Shown here: piece by piece, positions 1-12,000 of the stretch
Position numbering within the stretch: position 1 is the stretch's first letter
Layout of the letters: every line of letters starts with the position of its first letter
NCBI GenBank assembly: GCA_965603825.1
Contig: CBFDEM010000056.1
Location: 1-64,000 of the forward strand
Length of the DNA: 64,000 nucleotides
Source of the DNA: Blepharisma stoltei ATCC 30299
Lineage: Eukaryota > Protista > Ciliophora
Reading direction: 5' to 3'
Made by a program: the position numbers and the translations under genes
The notes under the pieces: model-generated
The model's input: only the letters and a program-made list of their open reading frames with translations
Told to the model about the DNA's origin: nothing
Database searches by the model: none

Positions 1-3000
1 CACCCTAACACCCTAACACCCTAACAGCCCTAAGCAACCCTAACACCCTAACACCCTAACACCCTAACACCTAACACCCTAACACCCTAACACCCTAACA
101 CCCTAACACCTAACACCCTAACGACACCCTAACACCCTAACACCCCTAACACCCTAACACCCTAACCCTACCCCTAACACCCTAACACCCCTAACGACCC
201 TAACACCCTAACACCCTAACACCCTAACACCCTAACACCACTAACACCCTAACACCCTAACACCCTAACACCCTAACACCGCTAACACCCTAACACCCTA
301 ACACCCTAACACCCTAACCACCCTAACACCCTAACACCCTAACACCCTAACACCCCTAACACCCTAACACCCTAACACCCCTAACACCTCCTAACACCCT
401 AACACCCTAACCTACCCTAACACCCTAAACACCCTAACACCTCTAACGACCACTAACGACCCCTAACACCCTAACACCCTAACACCCTAACACCCTAACA
501 CCCTAACACCCTAACACCCTAACACCCTAACACCCTAACACCCTAACACCCTAACACCTAACACCCCTAACACCCTACCTAACACCTCAAACACCCTAAC
601 ACCCTAACACCCTAACACCCTAACACCCTAACACCCTAACACCCTAACACCCTAAACACCCTAACACCCTAACACCCTAACAACCCTAACACCCTAACAC
701 CCTAACAACCCTAACACCCTTAACACCCTAACACCCTAACACCCTAACACCCTAACACCCTAAACACCCCTAACACCCTAACACCTAACACCCTAACACC
801 CTAACACCCTAACACACCCTAACACCCTAACACCCTAACACCCTAACTACCCTAACACCCTAACACCCTAACACCCTAACACCCTAACACCCTAACACCC
901 TAACACCCTAACACCCTAACACCCTAACACCCTAACACCCTAACACCCTAACACCCTAACACCCTACACACCCTAACACCCTAACACCCTAACACCCTAA
1001 CACCCTAACACCCTAACACCCTAACACCCTAACACCCTAACACCCTAACACCCTAACACCCTAACACCCTAACACCCTAACACCCTAACACCCTAAACAC
1101 CCTAACCACCCTAACACCCTAACACCACTAACACCCTAACACCCTAACACCCTAACACCCTAACACCCTAACACCCTAACACCCTAACACCCCTAACACC
1201 CTAACACCCTAACACCCTAACACCCTAACCCCTAACACCCTAACACCCTAACACCCTAACACCCTAACACCCTCAACACCCTAACACCCTAACACCCCTA
1301 ACACCCTAACAGCACCCTAACACCCTAACACCCTAACACCCTAACACCCTAACACCCTAACACCCTAAACACCCTAACACCCTAAACACCCTAACACCCT
1401 AACACCCTAACACCCCTAACACCCTAACACCCTAACACCCTAACACCCTAACACCCCTAACACCCTAACACCCTAACACCCTAACACCCTAACACCCTAA
1501 CACCCTAACACCCTAACACCCTAACACCCTAACACCCTAACACCCCTAACACCCTAACACCCTAACAACCCCTAACACCCTAACACCCTAACACCCTAAC
1601 ACCCTAACACCCCTAACACCCTAACACCCTAACACCCTAACACCCTAACACCCTAACACCCTAACAACCCTAACACCCTAACACCCTAACACCCTAACAC
1701 CCTAACACCCTAACACCCTAACACCCTAACACCCTAACACCCTAACACCCTAACACCCCTAACACCCCTAACACCCTAACACCCTAACACCCTAACACCC
1801 TAACACCCTAACACCCTAACACCCTAACACCCTAACACCACTAACACCCCTAACACCCTAAACACCCTAACACCCTAACACCCTAACACCCTACACCCTA
1901 ACACCCTAACACCCTAACACCCTAACACCCTAACACCCTAACACCCTAACACCCTAACACCCTAACACCCTAACACCCTAAACACCCTAACACCCTAACA
2001 CCCTAACACCCTAACACCCTAACACCCTAACACCCTAACACCCTAACACCCTAACACCCTAACACCCTAACACCCTAACACCCTAACACCCACCCTAACA
2101 CCCTAACACCCTAACACCCTAACACCCTAACACCCCTAACACCCTTAACACCTAACACCCTAACACCCTAACACCCTAACACCCTAACACCCTAACACCC
2201 TAACACCCTAACACCCTAACACCCTAACACCCTAACACCCTAACACCCTAACACCCTAACACCTACACCCTAACACCCTAACACCCTAACACCCTAACAC
2301 CCTAACACCCTAACACCCTAACACCCTAACACCCTAACACCCTAACACCCTAACACCCTAACACACCCTAACACCCTAACACCCTAACACCCTAACACCC
2401 TAACACCCTAACACCCTAACACCCTAACACCCTAACACCCTAACACCCTAAACACCCTAACACCCTAACACCCTAACACCCTAACACCCCTAACACCCTA
2501 ACACCCTAACACCCTAACACCCTAACACCCTAACACCCCTAACACCCTAACACCCCTAACACCCTAACACCCTAACACCCTAACACCCTAACACCCTAAC
2601 ACCCCTAACACCCTAACACCCTAACACCCTAACACCCTAACACCCTAACACCCCTAACACCCTAACACCCCTAACACCCTAACACCCTAACACCCTAACA
2701 CCCTAACACCCTAACACCCTAACACCCCTAACACCCTAACACCCTAACACCCTAACACCCTAACACCCTAACACCCTAACACCCTAACACCCTAACACCC
2801 TAACACCCTAACACCCTAACACCCTAACACCCTAAACACCCTAACACCCCTAACACCCTAACACCCTAACACCCTAACACCCTAACACCCTAACACCCTA
2901 ACACCCTAACACCCTAACACCCTAACACCCTAACAACCCTAACACCCTAACACCCTAACACCCTAACACCCTAACACCCTAACACCCTAACACCCTAACA

Positions 3001-3027
3001 CCCCTAACACCCTAACACCCTAACACC
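1..3027 (+). repeat. Telomere, (CCCTAACA)n C-rich strand, ~3 kb
   Basis: Continuous 8-mer tandem array from base 1 with scattered small indels. CCCTAACA is the known heterotrich (Stentor/Blepharisma) telomere unit. Confidence 0.98.
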
Positions 3028-6000
3028 TGGGCTTCGGAATACAACTCCTTTACGCAAAATCCTTCAGAGAGCAAAAGCAAACTATTAAGACAGCCTGTGC
3101 ATTTATTTGTAGAAGATCCTGTGCATTTCTCGCATTCTTTAAAACAGGCTTCACATTTCCATGTATCTGACGATGCCCAGTAGCCATCCTGGCAGATGCA
3201 TGATCCAGTGTTGAAATCTGCATTGTCGACACAAGAGGTGCATGAAGTTTCAGATTCGCAAGTTTTGCATTGGTTTATGCATGACCTGCACTCAGTCAAT
3301 GTGGTGTCGTAATATAGGCCGTCATTACAGATACAACTATGATCTGAATCAGCGGAATTGGTGTGCATGTTGGTTGTGTCAGCACATTTAAGACATCCAG
3401 TGGAATCACAGGATACACACAAATCACCACATTCTTCACACTCGTTTCCATTGTAATAGGCATAACCATTACATTTGCAGCTTCCTAGATTTTCAGGGTC
3501 AATCGACATTGTATTTTCATCTAAGCACTTATTGCAGTTGTCTTGATCAGAGCAAGAGCTGCATAGAGTGCCACACTTAAAGCATCCTGTTGGGCTGGAA
3601 TATGCTGAATCACTACACTTGCAGCTTCCAGGATTTTGATTGTCAAGCACCATTGTGTCATTATCCATGCAATATTGGCAAAGTTCAGCTGATGTGCAAG
3701 ATCCGCAGAATTTGCTACAAGTTTCACAAGATTCCAACGTAGAGCTCCAATAGTGGTACTTGTCGCAAACGCATTTATCATTAGAATCAAGGGTAGAGTC
3801 TGATTTACAAGTGGTGCAAGTCCCGCTTTCTAAAGAAGTGCATTTTGAACAAATAGGGTCACTACAAAGATTGCAGGTATTTCCTGAAACGCAGCCATTG
3901 GTGCAGCTGCTTAAGCAAGATGAACATTGGTTAGACGAGTAGTATTCGGACGGCAAACAGTCAGCTAAGCAGTCTCCATACTCTGTACATTTTGAGCATC
4001 CACAGCCGACTGAGTCTCCATTTATGTGTCCAATAGCATAGTTATGAATCCTGAGTGAATAAATGTACCCTTTGAAAAAGGAGGCAGCTCTCATGCTCCC
4101 AATCTTTACCTCAGCTGCACTATTTTCATTGAAGTAGGAGCTAGAAGCAACCACAGAGTTTTCTAGGTTTGAAAGCAAGTAAAGCTTTAGCAGGAAGTCA
4201 TTGTCGTTTCATTTTTCCAGAATTCACGATATCTTTGTCCATTTATTGTAGCTGCTACTTTGGCTTGATACACATTCATTGTTCTTTATTGTTTCATCAC
4301 TGAGATTTATGAAATCATAGCAGAGTGATATGGAATAAGTTTGGGAACTGGCTTGAATTTTTAAAAGAAACAGAGCAGAGTCAGACGAGGATTTAGAAAT
4401 CACAATCATATCTTCAGTAGAAGCCATGACCAATAGTCAGATTTCAAAAGTATGGACGTGCCCAAAGGAAACCTGAGCTGTACTCGAGCCATCATTGAAA
4501 AGAGTTCCATATGATTTCCCGTTAAAATAAAGTCCGCGGTTTTTGAGTACCTTGGGATCATTTTCATCGTAATTAGGATAAAAGGAACTATTAGTACCAA
4601 AGAAGATAGGAAGAGAGCTTACTGTGTCAAGCTGAGTATTTGATAGCTGGTTAAATATGAAATTCACCATAAGCGAGTCAGAGTTGACAGCAGAGCAAGT
4701 AGTGCCATCCTGAGATGAGTAGCCTAATTGGCAATTGAATACGCAGTAGCCATCAGTAGTCATGTAAGATCCACCTACGCATCCTTTGCATTTATTAGCT
4801 TCGCGCCCACTGCATTCAGCACACATGCTATTGCAAGGGTTGCATGAAATCAAGTCAGCTGATATAACATAGTTACTTCCGCATTCACACACATGGTTAC
4901 TGTTAAAATCAGCATTGCTTACACAGGTTGAGCATGAGCCCCAGGAATCATCACACGTAGAACAAAGACTGTCTTCACATATTCCACAGTAAGAAGAAGT
5001 CAGACATCCATTTTGGCAATTATTAGGACAAGATTCGCATGAATTTGATTCAAGCTTGTAGGCCTCGGATGAGCTGCAAGTAGATAGGCATTGATTAAGG
5101 TCACTGCAAGCCTGGCAACCACAATTGTTGTTTCCTGCTTCTAGTGTTGTCAATACATAATTGTAAATTGTAAAAGAGTAAATATACCCACTGAAGAAAT
5201 ATTGAGATGAATATCCACCCAAAAAGAAGCCAGAGTTGTCGCTCTCATCATAGAAATAGGAGAGAAGTGTTTTTTGGTCTTTATATTCACTATTAGAATA
5301 GAAAACTAGTGTGTTTTCTCCGCTGCTAAATTTTAGAGTCCAAGTAAATCTGAATCACGAATTCTCAGTCACAGCGCTGCTCAAGCACAAATTCGATGTA
5401 GCTGACTTTGTGAAGTCGCTTAGCAGATAGCAAGAGGTGAAAAGCGTATCTGAGCCTGACAATTGAACTGCAGCCAATTCATTGGTACTGCTATCACTTT
5501 TTAAGCTCGCAAGAACAGCGTGAGTATCAGTGATTCCTGAAAGTGCATAGACCCACAAGTCAACAGTGTGTGAGTATCCAAGGTAAAATTGGCTTGAAGC
5601 AGGAGAAACTTGAGCATAAGAGCTTCCATCGAAATACAAACCTCTATATGGCAGAATTTTGGGATCATAATAATCATAGTTGGGATAATAGCTGCTGCTA
5701 TCTCCCAGAACCATCTCAATAGAGTTAGCTAAGTCATGCTGGGCATTGGAAATGCTTGAAAAAATATAATTCACTATTAAAGAGTTCCTTATTGTGTCAC
5801 TGCAACCATGAGCGCAATAGCTAGAGCAAATACCTTCAGCTGTCAAATATTGATCTGTAGCACAACTAAGACAGTTATAAATTTCATTTCCATTGCATGT
5901 CAAACAGCTAGAGCATAATGAGCATATATTATTATAAGGAGTGTAGCCATCTTGGCAATTGCATGATTTATCGACGAGATCTGCATGGTCAACACAAGAA

Positions 6001-9000
6001 GTGCAGGAAGTCTCAGATTCGCACGCTAAGCACTGATTTATGCATGACTTGCATAATGACTCTGCATCGTTGAAATATTGATCAGACGGGCAAGTGCAGA
6101 TTCCGTCATTTAAGCTCATCGAGCTGTCAATGCATGATAAGCAGAAATTCTCATTTTTGCATAAGCTGCAAGGAGATTTACATTTTTTGCACTCAGTCGA
6201 TGTGGTGTCGTAATATAGTCCATCATTACAGATACAACTGTGATCTGAATCAGCGGAGTTGATGTGCATGTTGGTTGTGTCAGCACACTTAAGACATCCA
6301 GTGGAATCACAGGATACACATAAATCACCACATTCTTCACACTCGTTTCCATTGTAATAGGCATACCCATTACATTTACAATTTCCTAGGCTTTCTGGGT
6401 CAATCGACATTGTATTGTCATCTAAACACTTATCGCAGTTTTCTTTATCAGAGCAAGAGCTGCATAAAGTGCCGCAAGCCTTGCAAGTTTCAGAGCTTTT
6501 GTCCCAATAAAATTCACTATTACATTTACACATCCTATTACTGTCATAATCTGCATTGACTTTACAGCCTGTGCAAGAGCCCTTTTCGAAGGTAATGCAG
6601 GTATTACAAATAGGGTCAAAACATACATTGCATCGATCAGCAGCAACACATCCAATATTTTGACAACTGCTCAGGCAAGACTCACATACATTTTGGTCTT
6701 TATTGTAAGATTCCGAAACAGCACAAGATGACAAGCATTGGTCAGAATCGGTGCAAGCTTGGCAGCCACAACCGCTGCTAGATGATGAGAAATCAGATCT
6801 TGGGTAGTTATAGATTTTCAATGAGTAAATGTATCCGATGAAGAAATCTTGGGAATTAAAATTTCCTAATTCAAAAGCTGCATCAGTATAGCCTTCGTAA
6901 TTGTAGCCATTAGCAGTTTGTGCTGCGGAAAATGAGCCATCTACATAAATGGCTATAGTAGACTCTCCATCATTAAATTCTAGACTTCAACTATATCTAT
7001 GCCATTCCCCCGTTGTTGTTTTGAAATTTGCACAAGTGTTAGAGCTTGTTGAAAGATCAAGAGAAGGTAATCCATAGCAAACAACTATCATTGGGGTACT
7101 TCCTTGAAAGTCAATCCCAGCACCCATTATATTACTCGAAGAAGACCACTTAGCTATTGCATATCCTTTATTAGTTTGATCAGGACTTATATAAACCCAT
7201 GTATCAATAGCATGTGAGAACCCGAGGTAGAATTGACTTGAGTTGTAAGGGTTTGGTGGCAATTTAGCACTTGAGCTTCCACTAAAATACAGTCCTCTAT
7301 ACTTTAGTATTTTCGGGTCTGATGAATCATAATCCGGATAATAGTCATTCGAACTGCCTAGATAGATTTCGATAAGGTTTTCAGACTCTTGCTGGTCATT
7401 CAAAATCTTTGTAAAGAGAAAATCAACAATGAGGGAGTTTCGGGTGGAGTCGCCGCACCCAAAAGCGCAGTAGCCCGAGCATATTCCTTCTGAAGTCAAA
7501 TAATGAGCGGAATAGCAGCTTTTGCATTGGTACATGTTAGTTCCACTGCAGGTTGCACAAGAAGAATCACACAAAGCGCATGTATCAATATTTGGGGTAT
7601 ATCCATCATTGCATATGCATAAATCTGAATCGTCAAATTTAGCATTATTTGTGCATTCTCTGCAGTCATTGGCTTGCAATGAAGCGCACTGTGAGCAAAG
7701 CTGATCATTGCACATATTGCAGCTGTTACCATTTATACACCAGCTGCAATCGCTTTTGCATGACATACAGCTAGTACCAGAATAATATTCGCTTTCTGAG
7801 CAAGTCCCCAAACAGTTATTTTGATTATCACAAATAGAGCATCCGCAAGAATTGGTGCCTTGGTCAAAGCTTGAGATTACATAACTGCTATACGAAAAAG
7901 AATAAAGATAGCCAGTGAAATACGAATTCGTTGATTTGCTTCCAAGTCTCGTTGTAAAATCTACACTTTCATCGAAAAATGACTCTGGAACTAAAGCTGA
8001 GTTCAGTAAGGTAGAATCGACATATAAATTTAAGCTAGAAGTATAGCTCGAAGACATGTCTGCTGACCATGAAATCCGTTTCCACTCAGAAAAGCTATAA
8101 GATCCGCTCTGCACGCATTTAAAATTTGAGGTTATTCCATCAGAAATACTTATAAAATCATAACAAATTTCTAAATAGTAGTCAGTCGATGAGCCATGAA
8201 CTTTAAGTGTAATAAGATCTCTACTCGAACTGTACTTTGCCATTATCACACCGTCTCCCTCATAATATCTCGGCATTGCCCAGAGGTCGAAGGTATGATA
8301 GAACCCAAACACAAATGGAGTTGCTCCACTATTCTGCAGAAATGTCGCATATGAGCTCCCAGAAAAATAAAGACCTCTGTCTTGCAGTACCCATGGATCA
8401 TTAGAGTCATAATTTGGATAAAAGTCATCAGAGCTGCCATAGTAAAGCTCAAAAGTACCCACATCTTTGTCAACCTGAGTATTTGTCAAGAAATTGAATT
8501 TGTAAGTAATAGATAGTAATGATTGCACTAAAGTGCATGAGTCCGCAGTTTGGGATTTCTCATAGTTTACAGGACAATCCTTTGCGCAAAATCCTTCAGA
8601 GAGCAAAAGCCAACTATTAAGACAGCTAGTGCATTTATTTGTAGAAGATCCTGTGCATTTCTCGCATTCTTTAAAGCAGGCTTCACAATTCCATGTATCT
8701 GATGATGCCCAATAGCCAGTTTGGCAGGTGCACGATCCAGTGTTGAGATCTGCGTTGTCGACACATGAGGTGCATGAAGTTTCAGAGTCGCAAGTTTTGC
8801 ATTGGTTTATGCATGACTTGCACTCAGCCGATGTGGTGTCGTAATATAGGCCGTCATTGCAGATACAACTGTGATCTGAGTCAGCAGAGTTGGTGTGCAT
8901 GTTGGTCGTATCAGCGCACTTAAGACATCCTGTAGAATCACAGGATACACATAAATCGCCACATGCTTCACACTCGTTTCCATTGTAATAGGCATACCCA

Positions 9001-12000
9001 TTACATTTGCAGTTTCCTACGTTTTCTGAATCAATCGACATTGTATTGTCATCTAAACACTTATCGCAGTTTTCTTTATCAGAGCAAGAGCTGCATAAAG
9101 TGCCACAAGCCTTGCAAGCTTCAGCATCCTTGTCCCAATAAAATTGGCTATTGCACTTGCATATCCCATCACTGTCATAAGCTGCATGGTCTCTACATCT
9201 TTTGCAAGAACCATATTCAAAGGTAGTGCAGGCTGCACAGATGGGGTCAAAACATATATTGCATCGATCAGCAGCTACACATCCATTAGCTTGGCAACCG
9301 GCTAGACAAGATTCACATATCCTTTGGTCTTTGTTATAAGATTCTGAAACAGTGCAAGTTGACAAACATTGGTCAGAATCGGTGCAAGCTTGGCAACCAC
9401 AGCCGCTGCTTGATGAAGAAAAATCTGTTTTTGGGTAGTTGTAGATTTTTAATGAATATATGTATCCGATGATGAAGTTTGTAGAACCATAACTTCCTAA
9501 CTCAAAAATTCCATCATTGTAATCTTCATAAAAAAATCCAGCTATAACTTGTGGATCACTAGCTACGCCGTCTAAGTAGATATATAGTGTAGATTCTCCA
9601 TCTTTAAATGCTAAACTTAGGCTGATTCTATGTCACTCTCCGAGAGTTGTTGGCAGAAATGCACAAGTATTGGAGGTCGTTGAAGAATCTAGGGCTTGCA
9701 ATACATAGCAAATGCTTATCAGTGGAGAGCCGTTTGAATAAATAAAGGCTAAAGTCATAATAGGGCCTAGAGAAGAAGTAGATTTTGTAATTAAGCAGCC
9801 TTGGCCCGTTTGATCAGTGCTTAAAAATGCCCAAGTATCAACAGAATGTGAAAACCCAAGGTATAATTGGCTTGAGTTGTAAGAGTTTGGGTGTAATTTA
9901 GCATTTGAGCTCCCACTAAAGTACAGTCCTCTGTACTCAAGAATTTTTGGATCTTCTGAGTCATAATTCGGATAATAGTCAGTTGAGCTGCCTAAAAAGA
10001 GCTCAATAGAGTTGATGCTGTCTTTCTGGTCATTAGAAATTGCTGTAAAGAGAAAATCAACAATGAGAGAGTTTCGGGTGGAGTCGCCACATCCAAATGC
10101 ACAGATACTTGAGCATATTCCTTCTGAAGTCAAATAACTACTGGAAGCACAGCTTTTGCATTGATACATGCTAATTCCACTGCAGGTTTCACAAGAAGAA
10201 TCGCAAGGAGAGCAAGCATCAATATCTTTACCATATTTGTCTTTGCACACACATATATTTGAGCTATCAAATTCAGAGTTAGTTGTGCATTCTGTACAGC
10301 TTTTGGCCTTCAATGATGAACAAGTTGAGCAAAGCTGATCATCGCACATGTTGCAGCTATCACCGTTTATACACCCACTGCAGCCACTTTTGCATGATAC
10401 GCAGCTGCCTTCAGAATAATATTCGTTTTCTGTACAAGTCACTAAGCAGTTATTCTGATTATCACAAGCCATGCATCCACAAGTATTGTCGCCTTGGCTA
10501 AAGTCCGTAATGACATAATTATACCAATAAATTGAATAAATGTACCCTGTAAAGTATGAAGCCGTTGATTTGCTGCCAAGATTTATCGTAAAATCAACAT
10601 TTTCATCAAAATATGTATCTGGAACTGTAGCAGATTCTAATAAGGTTGAATCAACATAGACAGAAATTTTGGAGCCATCAGTAGAGCTATAGCCAATTGT
10701 TCACGAAATTCTTTTCCACACAGAGTAGTCATACTTCCCACTTGTAATACATTGTAAAGTGGCAGTCGATCCATCTACTACACTTATAAAATTGTAGCAA
10801 ATTTTTAAGAAGTAGCTACTTGATGTCCCAGAAACTTGCAGGGTTATCAGATCCCTATCCGAGCTGTATTTTGAATATATCATACTGTCTCCCTCATAAT
10901 ATCGCGGCATCGCCCAAATATCAAAAGTATGTTTAATACCAAAGTAAAACGGATAAAGATTATTCGCCTTTAAATATGTGGCGTATGAATTTCCAGAAAA
11001 ATAAAGTCCTCTGTCTTTAAGCACCCATGGGTCATTAGAGTCATAATTTGGATAAAAATCATCAGAGTTGCCACAGTAGATTTCTAATGACTTATAGCCT
11101 ATATCACTTTGGGTATTTTTAAGGGCGTCAAACTGAAAAGCAATCAAAAATGTGGAGATTGCCACAGAGCAGATAAAATTATCATCACTGGAATATCCTG
11201 GAGGACACGTCTTTACACAAATTCCTTCAGGAAGCAGATACCAGTTATCTTTGCAGGCAGTGCATGCATTTGCGTAAGCTCCAGTACACGTGGTGCATTT
11301 TGAAAAGCAGGACTCACATATCAATGAGCTTGGGTTTCCATAGTATCCATTATAACATCTACAGTCAGAATTATTATCATCAGTAATGTAACCTTCTGCA
11401 TTCGTTGTGCAGACTCGACATCCGTCAGCCTCAACGTTAGAACAGGAAGAGCACAGGTAGTTATTGCATATACTGCAAGCTGAAGAAGTTTTGCAGCCGT
11501 TTTTACAGTCCTGAGGGCATGATTCACAACTGTTGCTTTCTTTATTATAAGCTTCATTGTACGCACAAGTTGATAAGCATGCTCCTAATTCAGTACACCA
11601 CTGGCAGCCACAGTTTGAGTTTCCAGCACTAATTGAGCCTAGAATGTAGTTATAGATCTTGATGGAGTAAATATAGCCTACATAGTAAGAGAGGGAGCTA
11701 CTATACCCGAGAACAAAATTCAAATAGAGGTCTTCATCAAAAATGAAATTATCTGTAAACGTTTGGGTGTCTTGATGGGTGCCATCAAGATAAGTGCTAA
11801 GGGTTGTTACTCCTGAAGAAAATCCAAAGGTTCATGTCAATCTTCCCCAGGAATTAGAAGAAGTTATAGTTGCTGAAGAACATAAATTATCTGAGTTGCT
11901 ATTGTCAACAGAGTACAGATGATAGCAAATTTTATATAGAGTATCAGAACCACCTACTATTTCCGCATACATTAAGTCGCTCGAGCCAAAAAATTTAGAC

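Noticed and set aside
1-3027. CRISPR array or satellite
   Set aside because: No spacers; a pure terminal 8-mer matching a known telomere unit.
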